Of a stretch of 64,000 nt of DNA, positions 37,703-49,486 are shown one piece after another (positions within the stretch are counted from its first letter, which is position 1; each line of letters begins with the position of its first letter). Under the pieces are notes generated by a model that was not told where the DNA came from, made no database searches, and saw only the letters and a program-made list of their open reading frames with translations. This DNA comes from Malacoraja senta (Eukaryota), in contig CM075990.1 in the NCBI GenBank assembly GCA_038087875.1, forward strand, positions 12,092,001 through 12,156,000, read 5' to 3'. Both the position numbers and the translations under genes were made by a program.

Positions 37703-38372
37703 CATCCTCTTCTTGCACAGCCTGGTGTGCGCAGCCTAAGGGGCTGTCCCACTGCGGCGACCTAATTGGCGAGTTTGGAAGAGTTTGCCCTCGACTCATA
37801 CTCGCAGCATGGTCGACGTGAGGTCCTAGGAGGTCTTTGTAACTCTCCTTCATGCTCGAGAGTAGTCCCCGCGTACTCCAGGCCTCAGCTAGGTCGCCGT
37901 GTATTTTCCAACATGTTGAAAAATGGCCGCGAGTGAAAAAAGATCGCCAGGGAAAAAAATCGATGCTTTTTTTAACTTGTAGGTTTAGTCGAAGTAGGTC
38001 GTAGTAGGTCAGCATGTTAGTCGTAGGTAATCGGGGGTAGTCGAAGGTGATCAAAGGTAGTCGTAGATAGTCTTCAGCATAGTCGAAGGGAGGTCGAAGG
38101 AGATTGGAGGTCGTCTTCACTCTCCACTATTCGGTGTCCAATTTTCCTGAAGCTAGTCGTAGCTAGTCTTCTACATAGTCGAAGGAGGTCTTCAACATGA
38201 CACTTTTTCAAACTCTCCTAAACTCTTCTAAACTCGCCAATTAGGTCGCCGCAGTGGGACAGCCCCTTTAAGTTGTAGGTCAACCTGTTCTATTTGATCT
38301 TGTTCGTGCACGTCGGGTTAATTGCATTCGTCGAAACAGGGTGGACCACGTGAAGGTTGCAATCTCCCACCC
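37703..38372 (-). mobile_element. Short non-autonomous retroposon with a 5' HDV-like ribozyme, interrupted by a MITE
   Basis: Perfect TSD TTTTATTTGAGT at 37691-37702 and 38373-38384; minus-strand tail AAGAAGAGGATG; about 140 bp once the MITE at 37739-38267 is removed. Confidence 0.85.
37739..38267. mobile_element. PIF/Harbinger-type MITE nested in the ribozyme retroposon
   Basis: TIRs AGGGGCTGTCCCACTGCGGCGACCTAATTGGCGAG...CTCGCCAATTAGGTCGCCGCAGTGGGACAGCCCCT. Confidence 0.85.
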
Positions 38373-38373
38373 T
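38321..38373 (-). ncRNA. Minimal HDV/CPEB3-like self-cleaving ribozyme (predicted)
   Basis: Minus strand reads (A)GGGUGG GAG AUUGCA ACC UUCACGU GGU CCACCCU GU UUCGA CGAA UGCAAU. P1, P2 (AUUGCA/UGCAAU) and P3 (ACC/GGU) pair perfectly; J4/2 is CGAA. Confidence 0.85.
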
Positions 38374-39233
38374 TTTATTTGAGTGTACATTGTGATTTGC
38401 AATTTATTTTTTTTAAGTTCATTTTCCATACAAATTAGCCCACCTGCCTAATGATACAAGTCAGAGGCTGGAACAGTAAGCTGCAAGTCCCTGGATCATT
38501 CCATTATTATAAATCTGTAATTGTGTTGGGTATCCTGAAAGCACTCACTTTCTTCGAAAATAAAGAATTAGGCCGAAGCTATGGATTATAAATTGAAAGA
38601 AATTATGTGATGCATAATCAGTGGTTTAAATTGGAAACAAGGCAGGGCATAAATTGCAAGTCCTCTTTGGAAGCTTTTCTATCGACACAGAAAATTGCCA
38701 GAAGAAAGGCAATTATTGCTCCTAATGTGAGTGTCTCCATGTTTCAGCAATTCCTACCAGCTTAATGGCAGTATGCAAATCGAACAAATCTGCAGTGAAA
38801 ATATAACCTTCACAGTATTCAATGTTTTATAAGCTGGAGTGCCTTTTTTTATTGATGATGCACACTTAGTTTCGAGAGACATGCAAGGCTTTCTGTACTC
38901 TTGATTATAGCTTTTTTCTGTCAGGACATAGAATTACTATCCAAACTGTTTTATTTCACATTGTCACAAAGTCGTACAGCTCAGAAACGGGTCCCATCGC
39001 CCATCACGTCTGTAACAGCAATCAAAGACCTGTATTATTATTCTGCTTTTCCAGCACTCAGCCCCAGCCTATTATGCCATGGGCATTTAAAAAATGCCCA
39101 TGTAAACATTAAACGTGAGAATACCTGTTTCGTCCAACCCATCAGGTGTTCCTGATTTCCACCACCCTTGGGGTGAAAAAGTTCTTTCCCCAGATCTCCT
39201 CTCACTAGTTGTAAACCTCCTCTAAATCTAAAT

Positions 39234-39271
39234 TGAGTCTGAAGAAGGGTGCCGACCCGAAACGTCACCCA
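39234..39271 (+). ncRNA. Minimal type I hammerhead ribozyme motif in a Penelope-derived repeat (predicted)
   Basis: UGAGU-CUGAAGA-A-GGGU GCCG ACCC-GAAA-CG-UC-ACCCA. Both conserved boxes are present, stem II pairs, and stem I pairs at 4 of 5 positions. Confidence 0.6.
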
Positions 39272-39799
39272 TTTCTTCTCTCTCAGAAATGTTGCCTGTC
39301 CTGCTGAGCTACTCCAGTATTTAGTGTCTATCCCTTAAATCTCATCTCCATTGCCCTCGACCTCTGCCCTGTGTTGTTGGTCTTGAAGCAGCACTTGAGG
39401 TCTGTTACCATGCTGTAAATGGAAGAGTCGTCTGTTGCACAACTGTCTTCTGTCTACCATTTGCAACCCTATCTATGCACCTCATATTTTAGTATGCCTC
39501 AATGAGGTCAATGCTTGCTCTCGTCTGCTCCAAAGAGAACACGCCCAGCTTACCCTTGTGGCTCACAACTAAAGAGCTCCAATTGAGGCCACATCCTGAT
39601 GAATCTCCTCTGCACCCCCTCCAGTGCTATCACACCCATCCTATAGTGTGTCAACCAGAACAGGACACTGTACTCCAGTTGTGGCCTAACGATGTTTTAT
39701 AGAAGCAAGTATTTGCCTACCTTGTCTACCTGTCCTCCCGCCTGAGAAATCCTTGGCCATATATACTCACAGTTCCTCATTCCTTTTTAAAGTCTTATT

Positions 39800-40131
39800 T
39801 TGGTATGTCCCATTTGCGGGATGCTGATAAAAAAAGGTATTTGTTCTTCTCTTTTTCCTTTCTCTTTTTCTTCTTCTTTTCTAGGGTTTACTTCTTAACT
39901 CTTTTTCTTATAGGGTCTTTGTTCTTTCTTGTTGTCACGTGTTTGTTTTTTTACACTTTCACCTTTTCCTTCACTTTCCTCTTTCTCTTAATCTTATCCT
40001 CTCCCTTTTTTAATGTGTAAAAAAAAAAAACGGAGTACATTAATTGTAATAAAATATACGTGACAAGTACTAATGGATGTGGTTGTAACGTAATGTGATT
40101 CTAATAAATAAAATTAAAAAAAAAAAAAAAA
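39800..40131 (+). mobile_element. 5'-truncated L1 (3' UTR + poly(A))
   Basis: T-rich 3' UTR resembling 10400-10650 (TTTTCTAGGGT...), AATAAA and poly(A). TSD AAAGTCTTATT at 39789-39799 and 40129-40139, at a TTTTT/AAAG site. Confidence 0.85.
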
Positions 40132-40375
40132 GTCTTATTAGCCCTCTCAAAATGCATTGCCTCTTGCAGTATTAATTTCCATCAGCCATTTCTTCGCCCA
40201 TCCTCCCAACTGTTCGGTATTGTTCTGCAACGTTATCTGGTCCAAATAACTGCTGTGTATCGGACCAAACTTTGATCTCATACTTCTCTCCGATTTTCTG
40301 TTGTTAAAAACTCAGAACTGGAAGTGTTGTTGTTACTTCACATGTTTCGTTTTTTTAAAACTTTTTTTTTTCCAG

Positions 40376-40423
40376 CTGATCTCGGAACTTCAAGTGGAAT
40401 TCTCCGTGAGTGACAAGCAGAGT
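40376..40423 (+). CDS. CDH23: Cadherin-23 coding exon (equivalent to human exon 5)
   Basis: Polypyrimidine tract + cAG acceptor, GTaagt donor; 48 nt, phase 0-0. Translates LISELQVEFSVSDKQS, versus human TKSEFTVEFSVSDHQG. Confidence 0.92.
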
Positions 40424-40798
40424 GTAAGTAATATTCTTTCAGCTGAGTGTAACGATGTGATGTGTGAAGTTTAGTCGTTTTCACCAGCAATGTTAAAGTA
40501 AAGCACATCTCTTTGAGAGACTGTGGATGAGATAGATATGTCCGTAGCACAATTCTTCAAGAAAGCGAATGAACAGCGCTCAAAATTGTTCCACGAACCT
40601 CCTACATGCAGTCTGACCAGTCCCCACCGGACTCAGCCCCTCAATGTCCAGCAGCGGAAGGATCCCGGATTGTGGTCCAGTGCACTTGTATTGGTTGCAC
40701 CAAACTTCAGTGAGTCCCTCAGCATGAACTGCTGGAATGGGCCAGTTGGCAATATTCCTAGTGTAGGAACAAACTGCAGATGCTGGTTAATTGAGTAA

Positions 40799-41103
40799 TG
40801 GGGCTGTCCCACTGTGCGAGCTAATTCAAGAGTTCTCCCGAGTTTCCCCTGATTCGAACTCGGAGAATTATGGTAATAGCCGCTCGTCTGTACTCGGGGC
40901 TCTCGTGAAAATGTTTCAACATGTTGAAAAATCTTCACCAGTCTTCCCGAGCTTACCGCGTTTCCCGAGTACCTGCCGTTAGCGTTACGAGCCGCTAAGA
41001 AACGTCCCGAGCTCCGTACGTACCACGCTACGTACCATTCTAGTTTGATTTTTTTTAAACTCGGGAGAGCTCTTGAATTAGCTCATACAGTGGGACACCC
41101 CCT
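40799..41103. mobile_element. PIF/Harbinger-type MITE
   Basis: TIRs GGGGCTGTCCCACTGT...ACAGTGGGACACCCCC; TAA/TTA flanks; inserted at GAG-TAA-CTC. Confidence 0.8.
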
Positions 41104-41792
41104 TTACTCAACGGGTCAGGCAGCATCTCTGGAGAACATGGCTAGGTGACGTTTCGGGTCGAGACCCTTCAATATTCCCTAACGCACATCTCACTGTGCT
41201 GGGAGATCAACACGTTTGGGACAGACCAACGAACGTCTTTCACTGAGTTGTTGGTCTTGAAGCAGCACTTGATATCTATCACCATGCGTGTCCCTGGGAA
41301 CAGCCGTAATTGGAAGAGTCCTCTGTTGTACAACTGCAAGGGATGAACCGTGACAAGGGCCCTTGCGTCCACCTCCAGACCCCCTTTACAAATCCAGATT
41401 CAGAGAAGAGGCGGGCAACCGTCTCCTCTCCATTGCAGCTGTTCCCAGATCCTTTTACTCTAAAGTTTTGAATAAAAAGGAACTGGAAGTTCACTTTGCT
41501 ATGGTTCTGTTCGACTCATATTTAAACACTGCATTGTACATGCATTGCATCAGTTCTAAAAATACAATTTTGATTTTGGTTAGTTGTACTGATTAACTAT
41601 ACAAGCCCATAACTGGTAGCACAGTCAGTGATCTGCATGAATTAATCAAGCTATTTCACACTTAGCATAATGCATATTAATTAGTTGGTAGCTCTGTCCT
41701 GTCCTGCCTTGGGGAAGAGAAGGTGGGCAAGTATCTCGAATCAAAGCCTAATGAATGCCAAACTAGCAGTCTGGTGGATTACTTTACAACCA

Positions 41793-42118
41793 AGGGCGGT
41801 ACAGTGGCGCAGGAGTATGGCTGCCTTACAGCGAATGCAGCGCCAGAGACTATGGGTTCGATTCCGACTTCGGGTGCTTGTCTGTACGGAGTTTGTACGT
41901 TCTCCCCGTGACCTGCGTGGGTTTTCTCCGAGATCTCCGGTTTCCTCCCACACTCCAAAGGCGTACAGGTTTGTAGGTTAATTGGCTTGGTAAATGTTAA
42001 AAAATTGTCCCTAGTGGGTGTAGGATAGTGTTAATGTGTGGGGATCGCTGGTCGGCGCGGAACCGGTGGGCCGAAGGGCCTGTTTCCGCGCTGCATCTCT
42101 AAACTAAATTAAACTAAA
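41793..42118 (+). mobile_element. tRNA-derived V-SINE (HE1-like), full length
   Basis: Head GGGCGGTACAGTGGCGCAG, B box GGTTCGATTCC, core CTCCGGTTTCCTCCCACA, tail (TAAAC)n. Ends about 45 nt before the exon at 42163. Confidence 0.85.
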
Positions 42119-42162
42119 GTGCAGCACAACTTCTGAAACCCTTCTTGACTTTTAATTTGCAG

Positions 42163-42255
42163 GTGATTAAAGGCATTGTCAATATTCAAGTGGGCGACGT
42201 CAACGACAACCCACCCGGGTTCCACAACCAGCCCTACAGTGTGCGAATCCCTGAG
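42163..42255 (+). CDS. CDH23: Cadherin-23 coding exon (equivalent to human exon 6; EC1-EC2 linker)
   Basis: tttgcAG acceptor, GTgagt donor; 93 nt. Translates VIKGIVNIQVGDVNDNPPGFHNQPYSVRIPE with the DxNDNxP calcium-binding motif, versus human VITRKVNIQVGDVNDNAPTFHNQPYSVRIPE. Confidence 0.95.
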
Positions 42256-42407
42256 GTGAGTGCCAATCTCAGATGGGGAGCCTTGTATTAAACCCAATTA
42301 TTGCCCAGTTATTGATAATTTACCAGCTCTGCACAAGGTCATCGAATTCCTTTCCATGGCGACCACTTGTGGACTGCGCTTCCTCGAGAATTGTGTTTAT
42401 TTTAGAT

Positions 42408-42650
42408 TTGTGACACAGAGTGGTGAGTCTGTGGAATTCTCTGCCTCAGAGGGCGGTGGAGGCGGGTTCTCTGGATGCTTTCAAGGGAGAGCTAGATAGG
42501 GCTCTTAAAGATAGCAGAGTCAGGGGATATGGGGAGAAGGCAGGAACGGGGTACTGATTGGGGATGATCAGCCATGATCACATTGAATGGCGGTGCTGAC
42601 TCGAAGGGCCAAATGGCCTACTCCTGCACCTATTGTCTATTGTCTATTGT
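42408..42650 (+). mobile_element. CR1 LINE 3' end
   Basis: CR1 3' sequence with a (CTATTGT)n tail; absent from the duplicated copy at about 28215. Confidence 0.85.
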
Positions 42651-44220
42651 CTTTCTTCATTTTATGAGGCCAGTGCGACAGAGTGGTAGAACTTGTGCAG
42701 GAAGGAACTACAGATGCTGGTTTAAACCGAAGATAGACACAAAGTGCTGGAGTAACTCAGCGGGACAGGCTGCATCTCTGGAGAGAAGGAATGGGTGACG
42801 TTTCGGGTCGAGACTGAAGTACTCTGAAGAACTTCGAGTCTGAAGAAGGGTCTCGACCCGAGACGTCACCCATTCCTTCTCTCCAGTGATGCTGCCTGTC
42901 CCGGCTCCAAGTCCAGTCCAAACACTTGGGATTCACGCACCACTGCCTAACTTAGGTTGACATTCAAGTGCAATGTTGAGATGGTACAACAATAATGAGG
43001 TCGCTGTCTTTTATAGCTGAGATGAGCTAATGTTTCAGAATTAATTGAAGACACCATGGTGTTATTTGCAGGATGTTTTTCTTATACTTAATCCATCGTT
43101 CATTGAGCAAAACCCAGTGAAATGATTCAGAATCATTGTTTGCACCAGCAAAATTAAGTGAAATGATTGGAGTTATTCTTTCACTAATTGTCCTCATTCA
43201 AGTATTAACTGGACTTGAAAGCATGTGTTCCTTGGACAACCTTTCATTCATCTTCTCACGGATACTCACTCAGTTCTCTCCACTCCTCCTCAATCTCCAA
43301 TATACCACACACCAATTTCCTTGGTGTGCGATTTCTGACGAGGGGTCATTTTAATTGCAGTGTTTTTCTCTCTTTACAAAATGTTGCCTGACCTACTGAG
43401 TATTTTGTGTGAAATTGTTGTTCTACTCAATACCGGCGTTTACTAAGTTGAGAAATGGCTGCCAAGTTTACGCTACAAATGAATTCTATAACAATCCCAT
43501 CTTCGTCATTGTTAATAGGTTTAAGGTGGTGGGGGGGGGGGGGGAGCAAAGATTTAAGATGAATCTGAGGGGCAATTTATAAAGAATGAGTTGCCAGAGG
43601 AGGTAGTTGAGGTAGGTGCTATCACAACATTTATGAAGACAGGGACATGAATAGGATAGGTTGAGAGGGTTATGGGCCAAGCGTGGGCAGGAGGGGCGAG
43701 TGTAGATGGGACATGTTGGTTGGATTGGGCAAGTTGCGCAGAAGGGCCTGTTTCCAAGCTTATGACTCGAAGGGTCTATGAGACAATGAATCTATGACCT
43801 ACTATTCAGGGGCACCTGGAAAGTGTGATGTCTGTTCCTGGAATAGTGCCTTTTAGAAATTCACAGCACAACATGGCGAATGCCAACATTTCCCCAGGGT
43901 CCTGAGAGAAGATCTGTTTCTATAGAGAACAGATATAGGATCATTTATTTGATAACTGTGTATTTGAAAACCATTGTGTGTGTGTCACTCTATGAATTGG
44001 CCACTCTCTGTCTTCCTAAGCACCTGACTTGTCACCTCTGTACTGCTCCAATTCTGGTTGATATTACTTGTTCCTGGTTAGAGCTGTTGCTATAATCCAA
44101 AGCCTCGGGGTTTGCTGCTAAATTGTCATTACCACTCTACTTGCCTCTCCTCAAAGTTGCTCTTCAAGACTGTTCCGTTTTGCCAATCTTTAGTTCATTT
44201 TAGTTTTGTTTAGTTTTTTT

Positions 44221-44523
44221 TAAAGTTTAGTTTGGAGATGCTGCGTGGAAACAGGCCCTTCGGCCCACCGCGTCCTCACCGACCTGCGATGCCCACACAC
44301 TGACGCTCTCCTACACACACTAGGGACAATTTGCATTTATACCAAGCCAACTAACCTACAAACCTGCACGTCTTTGGATTGTGGGAGGAAACCGAAGATC
44401 TCGGAGAAAACCCACGCAGGTCACGGGGAGAACGTACAGACTTCGTACAGACAAGCGCCTATAGTCAGGGTCAACCCCGGGTCTCTGGCGCTGTGAAGCA
44501 GTAGCTACGTCACCGTGCTGCCC
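44221..44523 (-). mobile_element. tRNA-derived V-SINE (HE1-like)
   Basis: Family copy. Others at about 47283-47589 (-), 58672-58975 (-), 61903-62125 (+) and 63195-63474 (-). Confidence 0.8.
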
Positions 44524-45340
44524 TTTCCATCTATCCTAGCATCTCCAACCTGGTTCAATGTTAGATCTTAGTTGGCAAAGGCCTGTAAACACACAATGGG
44601 ACATATTGCAGTGTTATAGGTGCTGTACAAATTCAAATTGCTATCTCTCAACATTCGGATAATGCGTACTCAAATTTGTAACAAGGTGATTATTTTCAGC
44701 TAAAGTTGCAAAAATAGAGTTTGCACTATAAATCTGATGTGTATTTAATACTCTTGCCCTTTGGTGATGCTGAACAAAGTAGAACAAACAATTAAAGAAC
44801 CTTAGATAGACATTAAAAGCTGGAGTAACTTAGCGGGCAAGAGAGCATCTCTGGAGAAAAGGAATAGGTGGCGTTTCAGGTGAGACCCTTCTTCAGACCA
44901 TGCCAACCTTCTGCTCTGTATGTATACCCTTTAATACTGGACAAAAATCAAGCACCTCTATCAGGAAGCAAGCTCTAAAATAAATGTTCAGAATTGTTGT
45001 CCATTTGTTGATGCCAAGAAGAGAAATATTGTCTTTGCATTTCAAACGCAATTATTGAACGTGTATTATTAGCTGTTCAGCTTAAAGTGGCAAGTGATCC
45101 AAAGTCACTTAAAGTGGTCCAAAATCAATTGGCGAGACGATGTTTAGAAGGTACAAATTTTCAGCAAGATAGTATTGATGAGATTAGATATGGGATGCAA
45201 TTAACATTTGTAAAATGCCATTAGGATTACAAATCGCAAAAGAGCACTATCTCTGCTGACAGTTAAAAGGCAAAAGTTGTAATAGGATTACTAACGACAT
45301 GCAGGTTTAAATGGAAGATAGGCACAAAAAGCTGGAGTAA

Positions 45341-45549
45341 AGGGCCTGACCCACTTTCACGACCTAATTCACGACCTCTGCCGAGTTTGCCATGACTCAT
45401 ACTCGCAGCATGGTCATCACGAGGTCGTAGGATGTTGTAGTTAGGCCGTGATGCTAGTTGTAGGTACTCGTGGCATCAAGTAGGTCGGGGCGTTTTTTCA
45501 ACATGATAAAAAATGTCGTGAATTAGGTCGTGAAAGTGGGTCAGGCCCT
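45341..45549. mobile_element. PIF/Harbinger-type MITE
   Basis: TIRs AGGGCCTGACCCACTTTCACGACCTAATTCACGAC...; perfect TAA TSD inside the host sequence GGAG-TAA-CTCA. Confidence 0.88.
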
Positions 45550-48500
45550 TAACTCAATGGGACAGGCAGCATCTCTGGAGAGATGGAATGGGTGACATTT
45601 AGGGTTCGAGACCCTTTTTCTTCTTCAGAAGAATAAGTCTGAAGACGGGTCTCAACCCGACACGTCACCCATCCCTTCTCTCCAGAGATGCTGCCCGTCC
45701 CGCTGAGTTACTCCAGCTTTTTGTGTCCAACATCGACATGATGATTGGCGCTGCAAGTTTATCTCAGCAATTGGGAACTGAAGATCAGTTTAAAAACATC
45801 TTTCAGCCCCTTAACTAATGTGCAACAAAGAGTGCTGGGCACCGTGACAGACAGAACACATTCTGCAAATTGGAGAGTCATAAAAACTCTATTACCAGGA
45901 ATCAAATACCCCAGCAGAGAACAGGGATTCGCATAAAATGATACATGCAAATTTAATGAGGTTTGTCACGTTCAGCTTCTGGTGTCAGCTTCAGCCACGC
46001 CGACACTCAGCCATCCTTTAAGATGACGAAAGAATCATTACGGCTTCACAAAGAAAGTTTTGTGCAATTGGCAACCTGTTTTCATACTCCATTCATGAAT
46101 AAGCATTGTGATTTGTATTCCATAAATTAAGCTATAAAACCATTCCCAGACCATAAATAATTTACACAAACATGCCGCCCATGCTGGCGATCCAGATTTC
46201 TGACAAAAGATTTCCAATTCCTGTGCTAACAACGGCCTGTTTCCTTCATCATCATTGCTTTTTTTGCATATCCTTTATTCATTGTTCTCTATCTCTCTAC
46301 ATCATTATCTATATCTCTTGTTTCCCTTGTCCCGAACAAGTTTGAAGAAGGGTCTCGACCCAAAACGTCACCGATTCCTTCCAGGCACGGAAATCGCTAC
46401 CAAAGCATGGGGGGGGGGGGGGTGGAGGGACACAATTTCTTGGCAGCCACGCACGCGCATGCGCACACACGCGAGGCCCTGTGGACGGTAACATCGGGGG
46501 CTGACCTGGTTGGGGACCGACTCCAAACGCCAGCAACAGCAACTTCGTCCGCCCCGAATCGTGGGGCTTGAATCGGCCTGTTCACGGGGTCTTTCATCGG
46601 CCGGCGGGGGGCTTCAACATCGGGAGCTTCGATCGCAATTTGATTTTAAGCCGCGCCGGGGGCTAAAAGGCCACGAGAACGGGATGATTCAGCCCTTAGA
46701 AAACGTCTAATAAAACATGGGGGGGGGGTGGTTGTCCCCCATTTCTCAAAGCGGGGGGGACACGTGCCCCCCCCCCCCCCCCCGTCCCCCACAGGATTTC
46801 CGCCCCTGATTCCTTCTCCAGAGATGCTGCCTGTCCCGCTGAATTACTCCAACTTTTTGTGTCACTTCTATTTCCTGTATTTGTAACTGGCCGGCCGTCA
46901 GACAATAAAAAAAACCTGATTACCTGCTATTGCCCTTCCCGCTGAGAATCGTTAATATTTTCAGGTAGCTCAAATTATTTCGTGACTAACTGAAATATCA
47001 CCATCATTTTGAAAACAGGAAGATCCTAAAAAGAAAATGACTGATAAGCACACACCATGAAGGTTGAAGTGAGATCATTGGAAAGGGGAGTGATTATTGT
47101 ACAGCATCCAAATGCTTTTGTGTTGAAGAAGGAACTGCAGATGCTGGAAAATCGAAGGTACACAAAAATGCTGGAGAAACTCAGCGGGTGCAGCAGCATC
47201 TATGGAGCGAAGGAAATAGGCACGTTTCGGGCCGAAACCCGTCTTCAGACTGGGTTCTTCAGTCCAAATGCATTTTCAGTGCTTAGTTCAGTTTAGTTTA
47301 GAGATACAGCATGAAAACAGGCCCTTCAGCCCACCCAGTCCGCGCCAACCAGTGATCCCCGCACACTTACACTATCCCCTTACACACACACACACTAGGG
47401 ACAATTTACAATTTTACCAAGTATATTAACCTACAAACCTCTACGGGAAGAAAACAGAGATCCCGGAGAAAACCCACGCAGGTCACGGGGAGAACGTACA
47501 AACTCCGAACAGACAGCACCCGTAGTCAGGATAGAACCCAGGTCTCTGGTGCTGGAAGGCAGCAACTCTACCACTGGGCCACCGTGCCACACAGCAGCTG
47601 TGATAGATTCAACAAGGCTTGAACCAGGGAAGTTGCTTTTCCCTTGGCCTCTTGGAGTTCAGTTCCACACCCTCTCTGCATCTGCACCAACATTGCCCTC
47701 TGCTTGGATGTGTTAGCTGAGGTTAAATGCTTCATGTTGGGGGAAGGCTTCAATGTGAAAGGTGCAAGAATGCTTCCAACTGAAAGTACATTTGCTACCA
47801 TTGGTTTGAAAGATTTTTATCGTGAATCAGGAGCAATGTGTTGACTTAGATTGTACTCTGGCAGATTAGCTCCTGTGAGGCTGAACAATTCAGATGTTCC
47901 ACTTCCTGCCTCCTTGTTTATCTGTTGGCTCAGCTAATGTTTGCTCGGTGAATCAAGCTGGGGCAGGTCCATTATTTCAGATGATAGACTAGGGACCGGC
48001 CATAGCTGTCCGTAATGTTGTTTCACATTACACAGCGTTGCAGGAGGCATGGAAAACCAATACAGATTGCACAGGAATCACAGTGCCACAGTGCAGACTC
48101 TTATTGTGATTTAACTCAAACCCAAACAGTGAAACATTGAGACATGGAAACATACAATCATTAAAACATAGAAACATACAAAATAGGTGCAGGAGTTGGC
48201 CATTCGGCCCTTCGAGCCAGCACTGCCATTCAATATGATCATGGCTGATCATCCAGAATCACTTCCTTGTTCATCTAAGGCAAGGGTTCCCAGCCTGGGG
48301 TAATCTACCAGTGAAACCCTCTGAGACAGGATTCAGTTCGTGGGTGCGGTTTGTACCATCACAGCTCTGTCACCCATTCCTTCTCTCCAGAGATGCTGCC
48401 TGTCCCGCTGAGTTGCTCCAGCATTTTGTGTCTTGTCTTCGGTTTAAACCAGCATCTGCAGTTCCTTCCTCCACAGAAGAAGACGTCCAAAGTTGGTTGA

Positions 48501-49486
48501 GAGGTTATGAATGGCACAATAATTCAGATAATAAATATTTCGCATGTTTCACACGTTTCGTCTGCGTGAAGCTATTCATTTGATGGAAGAGAAACATTGT
48601 TTTTGTGGTAAAAGAAGGTGAGGTTCGGATTGCTGATGATGCTGATTTATTAACGCATCAGAGATTGCGTACTGTAGAAGTGTTTTAATTAAATTCACAC
48701 ATGCTGAGCAAATATGAATCTGGAGCAACTAATTTTACTTGTCTGTATTTTAATAACTTGACTACAGAAACATGTTTAATGGTTTTCGTTCAGCTCCATG
48801 GAGAGTGAGTTAACATGAGCATTCACCAAGGGGTTTGTTTCAGGCCAGTGATTTCCCCCACTAGAGGGTCCCGCCGTTTTGTGCTTCATTAGTTCCACAA
48901 AGTTTTAAACGAAGGGCCCCGGTCTTAACATCTCACTTCGGGATGCATTGGCCAATTTTGCAGCAAGTTTGCAGCAAGCGGCAGCTTCGGCCACCCCGGG
49001 CCGCGGAGTTTGAACCGGCCCGTCGCGGAGCACGGATTCAGCCGCGGGATTGACTTACCATCACCCGGCGGGGTCACAGCGTCAGAAGCCTGGATCGCCT
49101 CAGCGCAGAGGGAGAACAAAGCGGGAAGAGACAGAGACTTTAAGACTTTTGCCTCCATCACAGTGAGGAGGTGCCTGGTGAACTCACTGTGGTGGATGTT
49201 AATTTGTGTTTATTGTGGGTTTTGTTATTTATTATTATATGTATGACTGCAGGCAACGAAATTTCGTTCAGACCGAAAGGTCTGAATGACAAATAAAGGA
49301 ATCTCTCTCTAATCTCTCTCTAAGTCACTTCTATTTTGAGATGTTTTTGCTAGATGCCTAAGTGGTGGGAGATGAGGTTGAGGCAAGGAACTGCAATAAG
49401 CCATTGGCATGTGCTGTGTCGGTCTAACCAATTGGCACCTCCAACATTTCCTCGTTCCCTGGAGTGTTTCTATTAATACCAGAGTA

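Noticed and set aside
41793..41880. tRNA-like A/B box sequences
   Set aside because: They are SINE heads, each followed by the V-core and a LINE-derived tail; not tRNA genes.
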